A DNA stretch of 64,000 nt from Euprymna scolopes. Lineage: Eukaryota. The position numbers were made by a program, and so were the translations under genes. Shown piece after piece: positions 25,561-39,180 of this stretch. The stretch's first letter is position 1. Every line of letters begins with the position of its first letter. The stretch is from NCBI GenBank assembly GCA_053919585.1, contig CM132799.1; one strand, given 5' to 3'. The notes beneath the pieces are model-generated. The model ran no database searches and was not told where the DNA came from. It saw nothing but the letters and a program-made list of their open reading frames with translations.

Positions 25561-28500
25561 TAGTGTTTAGCTTTCGACAAGTGGGGCTTATAAAGGCAAA
25601 AGCGGTTGTTTGCTTAGAATAAGAGGCGTAAAACGACCTTTAGACGTTATTTCGCTCTATGTTTGAAGTGGCTTGATGAATGCATTATCGAAACAATTAT
25701 TTTTACAAGGCCATTTATGGTTTTCATAACTGTAGCAGTTACTTTCCTGTGTATGGATAAGTTACTACACCCTTCTTCTACATTCTAACCCTTGCCACAT
25801 CGTCGCAGTGTTATGCCGTTTGCATGTTTTACAAGTATTTTAACAGAATGTGTTCCGATGAACTTACTGCACTTGTAGATGTTCAATGAAAATATACCCG
25901 CCAAAACTAGCTATCAGAAAAAATTCCGCCCTTCACTGTAGAGGTTTCTAGATATTGGAAGGGTTTCTACTCTGGTAATTCCTTTTCTCAGAATGCTTAA
26001 TTTTCGAGGTTTCATACCCCATACCTGATTCCATATTTGTAATAAAATACAATGAATTAAATGAAATGTAAACAAACATATTGCTACTAAACTGATAACT
26101 TTGATTTCTTTACATCTGGTCTCAATCATAGTAGCCCTTACGCTTTGGTGTCAATGGATCTTGCTTGGGTTGAATAAATGTATAAAAAAAATGCCCCTTT
26201 TGCATCAAAACATTAAGCGGGGTGAACAGAATACTTAAATAATTGTTGATCTAATAATTATTATCTCTCTAACTTTTTATTCATTTAAAAAGATAGAGGC
26301 ATAGCTTCAGCTTTCGGTAAGAGATTCGAAGGTTACAAAATGGTTGCTTGTTTCGAATATGATGCGTGAAACGACCTTTTGACCTTTCTATGTTTGGGAG
26401 TGACTTGATGAAAGCACTATTTGGCCAATTATTTCCACAAGGTCATCTATGCCTTCCTTGCCTCGAGAAGTTGCTTTCCTGTATATTAATCAGCCACTAC
26501 ACCCTTAACAGGTAAACCTTTCTGCTTCATAACAGTGAAGCATCTGTAATCAACCTAAATCAACTGCAATTACTAGACTATCACACGGGCCAGACGTGGA
26601 TATTTTTAGTTAATTGCATCAATTATTTGGCAATGAATTATCAAACATTTTGGGCGGATCTCGTAAGCATTCGCATACTTCAATCTCCTTTGAAAGCGAT
26701 ATCCATGTGAACGTTTAGTTTATTGTAACTAAATATATTGGTGAATATTCTCTCTGTAAGTATATGCTAATTTCAAAATGCCAAACACGATGAATAAAAA
26801 TAATGAATCAGCGGCCATTTTGTATGACTTTAGGTTAGCAGGAAAAGAGAGATCACTAATCTCAACTTGTTTATAGATTTTTTTTCTCAACTCTTGATTT
26901 TAACAAAATTGTTTTTAATTTCAACTAATTTTTACATTTTTATTGTAAACAATTTATTTTAACGTTTCATTACCATTTTTGATTCATTTGTTTTGAAAAG
27001 AAAATGAAAGAAAAGCACATTACTTAGATAAAGTCTGGCGATTATATTTTTTTATGAAAAGGAAAACAACTGTTCCATGTAAAAACCAACATTAAACACG
27101 CAATTTAATTAACTATTATCTAATTAACTATCGGGATTTCCTACTTTTTTTTAGAATTCATAAGTTAACGAAAGCATGTCAGACTTCAGACGTTCCCATG
27201 TAAATAAGGATTATATTGTGACATATTTACTGTTGTTATTTCATTTTAAAATAAAAAAAGAAAAGAACTTGGTTAAAATTATACACACACACACATTATA
27301 TATATATATATATATATATATAATCAGGCCGCATAAATATTATGTAATCAGGCGCATGTAATTTTATATTTAAATTGATGCAGAATTTCTATTATGAACT
27401 TTAATACCGTAGGTATTAAATGTAACGTTAAATTCTTTTTAAAGAAAAGCACAGAAAAGAACTGATACATATGCATGCAAGTATTATGCCATTTTCATAA
27501 ACCGATCTCTTGTTCTAAGTAAAAAAAACGTTAAAAAAAATGCTCGAGCTGAGATCGAAATCTAAAGACAGTGAATCAAGTACGATAACGATTAGACCAG
27601 CTTTACACGGTCTTTAAAACGTGTTTTCAAACTACTTACTCTTAATATGAGTAATCTGTTATGTGAACGATTCACGCATGCGCATTCGTGAAAGAGTTAG
27701 CAAACAAATAAAGATCCAATCACTCCTATGTACCATTTTTTTTTCAATTTTAAGCCCTTAGCAGTCCTTTTTCCGAATAAAAACGGAATAGGAAATTTTT
27801 CAGGTGTCTGAATATCGTATATACCAAATTCCAAGCCAGTAGATCAAATATTCGTTGAGTATATTGGTTGAGAAGTGTCCTNNNNNNNNNNNNNNNNNNN
27901 NNNNNNNNNNNNNNNNNNNNNNNNNNNNNNNNNNNNNNNNNNNNNNNNNNNNNNNNNNNNNNNNNNNNNNNNNNNNNNNNNNNNNNNNNNNNNNNNNNNN
28001 NNNNNNNNNNNNNNNNNNNNNNNNNNNNNNNNNNNNNNNAATGAAAATGTATATGTGTGTGTGTGTGTATTATTCCAAAGGCGAAAGTGCCCGTCTCTTT
28101 CATGAAAATGGTTACTAAAACTGATAAACTATGAACAGATTGAAAATACATGTGGATTATTTGGGTCATACCTAATTATAAAAGTTCACTTTTTCATCAA
28201 TAAAAGCTTTTTAGATAATAAGATTCATTGCTAAGTCAACTGGATTCGTCTACTGCTTTTGTCAAATAAACCAAGTTATCTGTCGATAAAAGAAATGAAC
28301 ACATAAATGTAAATGCATGGCCATTTCTAAACGAATATGGTCGGAACTGAATAAGCCGAGAATAAAGAATAAAAACGAAAGAAAGAAAATAAAGAAAGAA
28401 AAAAAAGATAATAGAAAAATAGAACAAAAGAGAAAAATCAAGATGCCGGACTGTCGGTCCATTGCTGTGAAATCAAATTTAATATTGCTTGAAGATCATA

Positions 28501-29274
28501 CACTTGACCCGAGAGGAGCGATTCCAGAGGACTCGCTTTCTTCTCGTGAGAAGTGTTGTTCACGTTAGCGAGATCTCGATATCTATAACCGATTTATGAA
28601 AACAACCAAACGTTTATGACTTCTAGTCTAAAAAGTATCTTATAATTTCAATTACGGTTAGAATTGATGAAGACGTTGCTCGGCAGTTTTACAGGTCTTT
28701 AACTCGCGTGGAAACTTTTTTTTTTATAAATAATTGTTTCTATTATTTATGTTACCAGAAGAAACATGGTGAAACCAATCTTGTTAATCGAAGTCTCTGG
28801 ACGTATTCATATACCAAATCACCTAAATGTTCAGCTGTTTTTAAGAATTTCCCATATCGGCTATAGATAGTATTCTATGCAATCTTTTCAGCGTGGATAT
28901 TCGACTCCTTCAGCGTTAGTTCATACCAAAATCAGGCAGGAAAGTCTCTTATTCTTCAGGATTGCTGGTTCTCTGTCGGTCGTCTATGGTATTATCCTGG
29001 CAGTTTTATGAAGTTCAGCCTTCTAACTGGTCTGCTCAGCTAATTTTTTGTTCAGCAAGAGTGCTCTTCCTCTAAGGTGTCTGTTTCAAATCTTACTTTC
29101 CGACCTTGTGTCTCATCTTCACGCAGTGGAAAGAAGATGAATCACTCGATTCTTGACCTTTTGACTAGGAGTAAAATGTAGTATCTATCCTGATACTAGA
29201 CTTTACCTTTTATGTCCTCGGTCGGCGAAGGAGAAATTCTTCAAGACTGAGTCAATTTTTATTTATATTCCAAA

Positions 29275-30266
29275 TCCTTGGACCTCTATTGTTCCTAATA
29301 TTTATTAATGACCTCCTCGACAAAACTGCCTCTGAGATGGGTATATATGCTGATGACACCACACTCTATAACAGGCATGACAGGAAAACAAATGAACACA
29401 TAACTAAAGAAATGGCAAAAACACTAGAGGATGACCTCCAATCTGTAGTGGAATGGAGACAAAAATGGATGTTCACATTCAATGCTGCCAAGACTAAACT
29501 GGTTTCCTTCAATAACTACAAGAAACCTTCTCTGCCACTAATAGCAATGGCCAGTGACTCCCTATCTGAGAGTACATCTTTCAAACTGATTGGCCTAACG
29601 TTCACAGGAAACATGAGTTGGAACAATTACATTAAAACATTGCCAGGGTCGCTGCGAAGAAGGTAGGCTCTCTCTACCGTGCTAGAAAACTACTGATACC
29701 TGAAAGTATCCTGTACCTCTATAAGGCTACCTCTCGCCCATGTATGGAGTATTGCTGTAACATTTGGGCTGGTGCATCTGCTGCTTGTCTTTCACTCCTA
29801 GACAAGGTTCAATAGAGAGTCGCAAACCTGATAGGCCCTGAACTGGCATCTAAGCTTCAGCCTCTGTCCCATCGACGAAAAGTTGCATCCCTCTGCTTGT
29901 TCTACAGGTATTTTAATGGTGAATGCTCTGGCAAACTGCAGACATTTGTGCCCTAACGACGTAGACATCCTCGACAAACCCGACAGGCAGCTAAATCCCA
30001 CCCCACGCAGTAGAGATCCCTAGATGTAAAAGATCTTTCTACTCCAGTAGTTTCTTCCCCAGAACCGCTAGACTCTGGAATTCCATTCCAGGTCCCTGCT
30101 TCCCCAACTGTACTGACATGCAGAAGTTCAAGTGTAACGCGAACCGATATCTTGCTGCCCAACTCCCTACATAGTGCCCCAATAGTTGCTGCCCTTGATA
30201 GTAGCCCCCTACACCTAAGTGGCAATGTGCCTTGTTTGAGGTGAAAATGTAAAAAAAAAAAAAAAA
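29275..30266 (+). mobile_element. CR1-group LINE (family A), 5'-truncated, includes YADD
   Basis: LGPLLFLIFINDL..IYADDTTLY; collinear with 12991-13850; poly(A) tail. Confidence 0.92.
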
Positions 30267-30849
30267 GATGATACACCGTTTCTTGGGGAGGAGTTTGTGT
30301 AGACTTTGTGTCTAACTCTGCCTTCTTGGGGAGGCAAATAAATACGAACACTTCATACGACCCACTTACGATAATTTTCCTACCGGGGTAATAATGCCTA
30401 CACAATTTCAACTGTCTGTTCCTTATCGTATAAAAGTACTTCAGCGGTCACAGACAGACAGGTATTCAGATAGACACTGTTCTTATTTAGTTTATGTTAT
30501 CATCGTATTGGCCTCTTAAAAATTATAAGACAACTTTTATAACTAGGCCACACTTTTCTGAATCGCTATGAGAATTATCCACTTCATAGCTTATCTTAGC
30601 CAGCGGCGCTCAAGATTAGTGGATTATTATAAGGAGACGTTAAAAGTCATCGTTATCAGGATCTTCCTTGCAAAATAATAAGAATCACAGTGAAACTAAG
30701 GAGCATTATCTGTTCTTCGCTACTCGATGCTAATAAGGTCTGGCGGATAAAAGAATAAAATATAAAACATAAAATATCGGAGTTCATCGAGAACGCAATT
30801 GACATTAAAAACAATTGACTTGTAAGCTATTAACGTTACAAATTAGAAA

Positions 30850-31579
30850 AAACAAGTGAAGTATGCATGGTCCCCTGTGAGTGAACAGTGAACGAGCCAT
30901 AAAAAAGACTAAGTTCAGTATTTTCCCCCCTTCCCATTTAACCCCAAAAGCCTCCAGAGGACATCAAATCCTGGTGAAAATGAACAAACAGTGCAGTTTT
31001 AGGCCTTAACATATGTACATTTGAGTTCTGCACCATGCTAAAAAAAGAAAGGACTAAGTCCATCATATGCCCCCCTATTTAACGCCAAAAGTCCCCAAGA
31101 CCTTAACATATTTAAATTTAAGTTCAGCACCATGCAAAACTGCTAAATAGACATACACAGAAAATTTTGGACAAATATGATAAAATAGTACCAAAACTGG
31201 AGGGGTTTTATTAACCCTAAGAGGGCCCCTGGGGCACACCCAAGAGTTATTGCGAAGTATAGACAAACAAAATTATATAGAAATCAGTTAGTTACAACTT
31301 TTCAGAAAGTTTTATAAAACTCAGAGACATCAATTTATTTTAATAAGCACAAAGGTGTCAATTTTAGTCATTTTAACCCGGAAAGCACCCCTAGGGGGCA
31401 ACTGGAATTTTCCCGGGAAAATCCCTTCTGGTACATTTTACTCATATCATGTTTAATGTTTGTGCAAAATTTCAAAAATTTTCAAGGCGGAGTTACTGAG
31501 AAAAGTGCGGGCAGACAAACGGACGAACGGACAAAAGTGAATTTACAGGTCCACCCTCCTTTTGTCGGGAGACCAAAAA
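30850..31579 (+). mobile_element. Helentron-associated (DINE-1/HINE-like) non-autonomous element
   Basis: Starts aaacaag, has internal subrepeats, a (GGAC/GAAC) microsatellite near the end and ends in an A-run; whole-length inverted homologue at 61620-62384. Classification is from architecture only. Confidence 0.6.
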
Positions 31580-31605
31580 CAAAAAAACAACAAAAAAGAA
31601 GAGAT

Positions 31606-32099
31606 TTGTTTCAATGTGTTTAGCAAAATTTTTCAATGTCTCTAGCAGAATCTTTTAATGCGTATAGCAAAATCTTTTAATGTGTTTAGCAAAATGTTTT
31701 AATGTGTTTAGCAAAATCTTTCAATGTGTTTAGCAAAATCTTTTAATGTGATTAGCAAAATCTTTTAATATGCTTAACAAAATCTTTCAATATGTTTAGC
31801 AAAATCTTTCAATGTGTTTAGCAAAATCGTTTAATGTGTTTAGCAAAAATTTTCAATGTGTTTAGCGAAATCTTTAATTTTATTGTGTTTAGCAAAATCT
31901 TTTAATGTGTTTAGAAAAATCTTTTAATGTGTTTACCAAAATTTTTCAATGTGTTTAGCAAAATCTTTCAATGTGTTTAGTAAAATCGTTTAATGTGTTT
32001 TGCAAAATCTTTTAATGTGTTTAGCAAAATCTTTCAATGTGTTTAGCAAAATCTTTCAATGTGTTTAGCAAAATCTTTTAATGTGTTTAGCAAAATCTT
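31606..32099. repeat. 22-bp minisatellite, about 22 units
   Basis: Unit aatgtgtttagcaaaatcttt(c/t). Confidence 0.95.
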
Positions 32100-32647
32100 A
32101 GACAACAATTGTTACAAGTATACAACTTTGAAATACCAGATTTTTTCTGATTACCAAAGTAAAACAACTTCGATCTTTGCGACTTAAATGGGTAAATATT
32201 TGGGAATCCGTTGTGGGCTAAGTTTATAAGTTGATGTCAAAGGCTAAGCTTCTCAAATGGCTTTTATCCTCCTCTTTAGTGCAAGTACAAATAATATAGT
32301 AGACATAACCAGCGGTCGCCAAATTTTTGAACGCCACGAATCACTAAAAAGTTTGGTGGACAACTAATATCGAATTAAGAAACAAAAGTAAATTCATTTA
32401 TGGAATAACTAGAGACGGGGAAAATGAATTCTCCCAATAAACGTTTTGCACAACCATTATTTCCATTTTATGAAGATTAAAACCAAGATATAATGATCCG
32501 AAAATTTATGAATAGAATCCTTATTTCAATAATTATCAAAATACATTTTATGATTTTCGCGTTAAAGGCATACGCTTAAAGGTCCTGTAAGAAGAAAATA
32601 AAATTTATAGATTTTTACTTAATTGTTAATTATAATCATTGATCAAA

Positions 32648-34429
32648 TCGTTATTTTTATGGCAAGTGCTCATCTGAGCTCCAATCTATGGCCCCCCTTC
32701 GCCAAATATTCACGAGAAACATTCGTCTAGCTGAAAACAGTATCAATAATTCCCCCACTCTTAAACTGTGCCTAAACATAAACGTAGATTCCATGTACAA
32801 AGCTTCTTTCTTAGAGCTGCACACCTGCGGAACCGATTGCCTGCTTTCCAGCTCATTACAATATGATCGTCTTGAGGACCAACGTTTACAAGTTCTTGAA
32901 CCGTTCCCTAGCAGTGTCAGAAACCGACATTAAAAATGCGTGATAAAAAATTGAATAATTCGACCTCCTATCTTTCCAAGCTACTTGAAAAATGTAATTC
33001 AAATCCTAATTTTTTTTTCAGTTAAAGGTGCAAAGACAATTTTTTTAAATAACAGGTTTAATAGCAAAGTATGCAATATTTGTTTTTTAATCGGTTTTCT
33101 TTTAAAAAAAGATTTTAAAAAAACAACGTATTTTAACTTGCTTCGATAAAATATATGTATATATAAATGCAAAAATCACTTACCTATAAAAATACTATTC
33201 AATGGGTACTTCCATTCTTCATTGTTAAGAATTTATCCATATTTATATTTTAAATTCCATGTATTTTTTAAATAAAAGAATATTTTTAAACAACTATTTG
33301 AAAACGCCGCCATTACGTAAGCATTGTTACGGTGTTAGCCAAACGCCGAACCTGTGTTTCTTTTTGTTTTGAACTATGGATGAACAGAAGGACGTAAAAA
33401 CCACACGTTCGCTTTAGCTGTCTAGCCTTGTGCGTGAAGAAATATGTGTCTCCATAGGTGAAAAATAGTCAGATTTTACTTATAAGTTTTTGCCTTAAGA
33501 AAAAACAGTCGAGGAATGTTTTTATTTTCTCAAAGAAATACATGAGTTTTTGATTTAATATATTTTATTTCCTCTTTATGGAATGAATTTTTTTAATATC
33601 TAAAAAAAAACATTGAATGAAGTAGAAACAATTTTCGTAATAAAACGAAACTTTCTGTGCAATATAAGATTATAAGGTTTCACTTATAAAAACTTCAACG
33701 TGGTTAAAAAAAAGTTTTAAACTTTGGAACTTACAGGTGAATTTGCAAATAACTGTATTTTTTTGTTTTAACTTAGCTTATTTTATTTATTGATCTTTTA
33801 TCTTCAATTTGTGATATAGAAATTTTAGGTGAGAAATTAATTATGTTCGTTTTAATAGACATTTAAAAATGGGAGCGTGAATTAAAAAAAACCTTTGCTA
33901 AAATATTATATTCAGTTTATTGGAAAGATCATAAAATTTCACATTGAACTTGAAAATATCGTAACAATTGAACCGATAGAAAAATTTTGATAGATTTTTA
34001 AAGTGAACAAATTGAAAAAAAAATTAACTCGTAAAATTCAATTGATTTCATTAGGTAAACAAAATGGCTGAATGAACGCTCGCAGGTATTTTTTAAACAC
34101 TATTTTTTTTAATAAAAAATAATATTTCTATTAGGTTTTAAACGACTTTAATAATTTATTTTGGAAGTATATTCACTAAAGAAAACAACCCACGTTAAAA
34201 AGAGAAATTACGAGTTTTTTTATATTTTATTCGCAGTTGTTTGTTAGGGGTGTCAAAAATTCCAAAAAGTTCTGACACACCTAGCCGTTCCCCTTAAGTA
34301 ATCCAATTTATCAAATTAACACTTCTAATGATTACTATGATATTGTACCTTTGACTACTGTACACTCTTTAACTCTTATCCTCGAGTGGTCTCTGGACCT
34401 TGATAAGTGGTGATTCCTTTGTAAAAAAA
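32648..34429 (+). mobile_element. Decayed CR1-group LINE (family B) 3' end split by a DNA transposon
   Basis: 32648-32908 matches 22528-22800; the UTR resumes at 34284-34429 and matches 21785-21928. Confidence 0.75.
32909..34283. mobile_element. Non-autonomous TIR DNA transposon, 1375 bp
   Basis: TIRs tagcagtgtcagaa / ttctgacacaccta; flanks accgttccc / gccgttccc (9-bp TSD with one mismatch). Confidence 0.75.
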
Positions 34430-35111
34430 GTGCAAATCTGAACTATTTACATTTTCTGATGAATAGCTGTTATCATATTCTGTCTTGTATCCCTCTTTAA
34501 AATATTTAAAAGAAGTTGTCATTTGAAAAATATTAAGAAGTTAGTGTGTAATATCAGTTGTTAAATCTTTCACACAAAAAAAAAATCGAGAAATCTAAAT
34601 TTCCATTTGCTATTTGTTTTATTTACGTTAAAAAGAAATGATAAATTGATGGTAAGCTACGGTGGAATTTCAATGAGTCTTGAAAGTAAATGATCAATTA
34701 TTGTTAGTTGTTATTATGAAGTAGGGGATGGGCATAAGTGCTATAATGTATGTCGTACATGATTTGGCATTAGCTAAGCTGAATTCCCATTCACTCATAT
34801 ATACATAAGAAAGCGTATTAACTTCTGCTGCCACCACAACTGTACTTAAACTATTTAATACATGTATGTAATAAGTCGTTTAGAATGTAATTTTGAGATT
34901 ATAATCCATACAAAGACTAATTTACTAAGAGGAAGCGATTACAACAAAAACTAATTTACTATAAGTAAATATTAATTTTATTAGTGCTTACTAACTATTC
35001 TTTTCCTAGAGCCAATGAATTGTTTTAAAAAATATGTTCGTGCTCCTAGCGTTTACTCTGACAGGGTAAGACTAAAACATTTCGCATTTTTTTATTTTCA
35101 ATTACACCATC

Positions 35112-35383
35112 GGTCCTGGATATGACCTTAAACTATATCCGATGATGAGGCCCCAGCTTGCAGGCCTTAGGGAGTGTGGAGCCACCCTTTAATTGCCATT
35201 GCTCCCAGGTCCACTCTGACCCGGAGTGGTAGCACCTGTTAAGGTCCCAACTATGGGTTAAATAGAATACGACTTAAAAAAACAAATATACTATATTAAA
35301 AAATCGTTCTTCAAAATCACCAGATTCGGCATTAAATAACCTGAAAAGGGTTGATATGCCGTAAAACAAAACAACCAACCAAC
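35112..35383 (+). mobile_element. Short retroposon (SINE-like) with (AACC)n tail
   Basis: 13-bp TSD caattacaccatc (35099-35111) / caattgcaccatc (35384-35396); tail gatatgccgtaaaac..(aacc)n. Confidence 0.7.
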
Positions 35384-35873
35384 CAATTGCACCATCATGT
35401 CAGTACAAAAAATATCAACGCCGTCTCTACACTTTAGAAATTAGAAATGTGTGCTTAATGAATCGCTAATACTGAATTGTCGGCAGAGTGTAAACACGTG
35501 AATCGGAATATAATATTGCGATTATAATTCATAGAGAAAAGCATGATATAACTGATACAAAGTGTGAAAATAGTTACATGAAAACTGGGAAAATTAGGTT
35601 TGAATAGGAAGAAAAGATGGATTTAGTGAAACTTTCCAACATTTAAGAAACATTTTAACTATGAGAGATTTTGAAAATACTTTTCCTTGTCTATTAACCA
35701 AGTGATTTTTTAATTGATGCGTATATAATTTTAAAACAAGTTATCGAATTAAAAACAAACAATTTGTTGGATGGTAGGGAGGTTTTACATCATGTCAAGC
35801 GTCGGTGGGTCACTTTCTACTGAAACCGTATATAGGTTTTGTATACGGTTGGTTTGTACATCAATTTGTCTTA

Positions 35874-37562
35874 CAGGGTGAAATGATAAAATTGTCGCCC
35901 TAGGAAAAACTACCTGATTCCATTTCCTTTCGATGAAAACCGGTTTTCTTTTTTTGTTGCAGACCATTTACCAGGGGCGGACTGAGAGTATTATGGGCTC
36001 TCGGACCGAAATGCAACGGGCACCATTTCCCATTTTTTTACAGTTAATTTTCTTTTTAGAGATAATAACTTTAAACTAAAAAAATGACAGAATGAAAAAA
36101 AGAGCAAGATTAAAGAAATGCATTTTAATAACGTATTTCTTTGGTTTCATTTTATAGCTAGTTATTTTATAAAATGTTACATTTATTTCTGTTTTGGTCT
36201 GCATATGCTCTTCCCACACCTTCATCCTTTTGTAGGAATCATTGAAAACTGAGCACATTTCATTTAACAAACCAAAATGATTAATTGCTACAACACATTC
36301 ACTACTTGCATCACTAATCACCAGATTCAGAACATGTGCATAACACCAAGTATGGATGTGACTTGGGCAAGCTGCTTTCATAAATGCCTGAAGACCAGAG
36401 TAAACATCACTCATATTTGCTGCTCCATCAAACGAATCTCCAATACACTGACTTAGTGTCAGATCTATCTCTATAAGTGAATTTTGTAATAGGCTATGCA
36501 AGCATTTACCACTTGAATTATTCACATTTACCAGGCGAACAAGTCTTTCTTTAGTCTCCAACTACATATCTAAGGACAATGGCACACTGATCATTGGCAG
36601 AAATGTCTTGGATGGAGTCAATTTACACTGAAAACATCCCTGCATTTTTCGTCTCCTTCATAATTTCGTTTTTAACCATGTCTGAAATGATATTTATTAT
36701 CTTATTGTCAATAAGACCAGGTCCGAATGGACCGATGGCTCAGTCCCCCCTACCATTTACTAGTTGGCCAGTTGTGTACAAATCCAAAGAGTGATAGGAG
36801 CCTTTTATTATGTCTGAAAGTGACACAATGTTCAATGAGCGAGATATGCACCGCTGTACAACTCATGCGCTCTACCAATCCAAGTTATGGCAACAGAACA
36901 ATTGCCAGCACCTTCAAAATGCATCGCTGGATTGCTACGAATAATAGGGATGTGCCCAGGATATGAAAACAAAGTTTCCGAACACGGTTATGGTCTTTGG
37001 TGTGGTTTCAAATGCGAACGACATCATGCCACCTCACATCTTCTAATTAGACTTGTAGGTCAACACCTAAGTGTGCCTGGATGTGCTGAAGAGTGTGGTG
37101 ATCCCCTGGTGCAATTAGATGGCCGCTGGCAGATGCTGGGTGTGACAACAGGACTTGGCGTCGGACCAAGAGTTCAAAGAGACCCATACAGATGGCTTCT
37201 AATGGAGTGCTAGGACTTTGTACCCTTCTTTCACTGCCCTACTCATCTCCTGACCTGAACCCGCTGAACTACTTCGTTTGGTCATACATCGAGAACATAA
37301 CCAACATGACCTCCCACAACATCAAAGCCTCCCAGATCGCCGCCATCCGCCAAGTATTCGCCGTTCCCGTAAGCGCTTGTGTAAAAAGCATGCTCCCAGT
37401 TCCGGACTCGTATCGAAGCGGTAATTGAGGCTGAAGACGGCTACATTAAATAGACGTCAGATCTACTTCATAGTCAAGTTACTTGAATTTATTTTATAAA
37501 AGTTTTCTAATAATGTAGTAGCGTTGTTTTCTTTGGGGCGACAACTTAATCGTTTTACCCTG
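35874..37562 (+). mobile_element. Decayed maT (DD37D-like) Tc1/mariner-superfamily element hosting a hAT insertion
   Basis: TA|cagggtgaaatgataaaattgtcgccc ... gggcgacaacttaatcgttttaccctg|TA; fragments KTKFPNTVMVFGVVS, QQD, SSPDLNPLNYFVWSYIE, RIEAVIEAEDGYIK. Confidence 0.8.
35972..36752 (-). mobile_element. Internally deleted hAT transposon with ZMYM1-like transposase fragment
   Basis: TIRs caggggcggactgag / ctcagtcccccct; perfect 8-bp TSD ccatttac; protein FDGAANMS..HTWCYAHVLNLVISD. Confidence 0.9.
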
Positions 37563-38204
37563 TAAATACTCTCGATCCAATCGAATTGTAGCAAAACCCC
37601 ACCTCTTCACTATACAGTCCCATATATACTGGGAGATTTCCCCCCTTCAATTGTTTACTTTTTGGGGACCACTTTCGAATTCTTATCGTGTTCCCCGGTT
37701 CCAGACCGTACCAACATTCAGAAATTTAAATATAATGTGAAAAACATGTTGTTGTCTAATTCTCCGACCAGATTGCCTTCTATTATTCTGATAAATCTGA
37801 TCCCTATCTCAGTAGCTTCTTACGGTTTAATGGCAATTATCATCATTCGAGGCGAACAAAAGTATCATTTAAAAAAAAGTAATATTTTGGGCAAAGAACT
37901 GTCCAAGCCTAATACATTTAAAGATGGGAGTCGATGAATTCAGTAAACATAGTTAAAATAACAGGCCTATCGAATTAAATATTTAATAGAATGTCATGTG
38001 TATATTAACAGCGGAACTATTACGAGACATGCTTTTGTTGTTAATTTACGACTTTAATTGAAAACGTGAAGATACTCAAAAAGACATGACAGACAAAATT
38101 TTAATAGGTATTTTGTTTCTTAATTATCCCAAAATAGTTTATATACCGTAAAACCGGACACAAAAAATTCAATTTTTTAGATAAGGAATACTAATATGAT
38201 TGTT

Positions 38205-38640
38205 TGGATTATTCGGACTTATCTTTTCATTTAGAGTGTTATTATCACAAAGTTTTGGTCGAAGAAACCTCTGACCTCAAGAAACTGTAAGGAATTTGGA
38301 ATGAAAACCTTTAATCCACGGGTTTGTATTGTTTTCGTACTGTCAACCATGACTGGGTATAAGTTTATATAATTCTCTGTTGTATTCTTAGTATTGTCTG
38401 TATTTAGGATTGAACTTTGAACCCCCGGAAGATTGTCATTTAGAACTGAGTATGGCTTAGCACGTTATTCATTGCGCCATGGGTCTATATGAATTAAATA
38501 AAGGATTTCGTTCGAAATTTCGTAGATTCACGAGTTCAACACTCAAGAAGCACTTGAAAGAAGGTCGGTTGTTACATTAACGAAAACGTTGTGTGAATAA
38601 CATATAAACCCGAAAGATCGAGACAATACAAGAAAAATCA
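38205..38640. mobile_element. Older fold-back hammerhead/tRNA-core element related to 18991-19404
   Basis: Degenerate inverted arms; cac-TTGAAAGA-aggtc..GAAAACGTT-gtg at 38551-38593; minus-strand core tggcgcaatg..agttcaatccta at 38400-38485. Confidence 0.55.
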
Positions 38641-38653
38641 ATTTATTTGGAGA

Positions 38654-39180
38654 CTAGCATATCGCCCGACGTTGCCCGGTCGTAAAATACGCTTAAATAT
38701 GGTATTTAAATTCATACAGATTTCGTATTTATTATTATAGAGCAAATTCTCGATCGATTATTATATTGTACCCAATATATGTAGTGATGATTTCAAAAGT
38801 AAATGAAAAGACGTCAGTGCTAACAGCTGGGATCGAAACCAAAAATCGTTCAGCGCTCTAACTTTTATCGTTATTTAGTGTCTTAGCCGCTGTCTTAATC
38901 GTCAGATATATCGTCAGATGAATATAAAAGGATAATAAATTAAGGAACTTCTAACTAATAATGTATATGAGTTAGGGCTTGATTTACTCCTTCCAATATC
39001 AACATTCTTATTTCATTTTCGCCCAGCTAATTCTACAGACTAAAAACTAGATCGAAAGTGTTCCCGAGATCGAAATACATATATCAAGTTTCAAGTCTGT
39101 AGGCGAGATATTCAGAAAAGAGTTTGGTAGAGACTTTTTACACAGACAAGTTTACAATATTTATATATTTATATGTATAA
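38654..39180 (-). mobile_element. Non-autonomous Helitron
   Basis: CTAG and cgggcaacgtcggg hairpin at 38654-38680; homologous to 13900-14128; far end resembles the other Helitron 5' ends. Confidence 0.6.

Noticed and set aside
36076-36561. Host ZMYM1-like exon
   Set aside because: It lies within hAT TIRs and an 8-bp TSD and is frameshifted upstream, so it is a transposase remnant.
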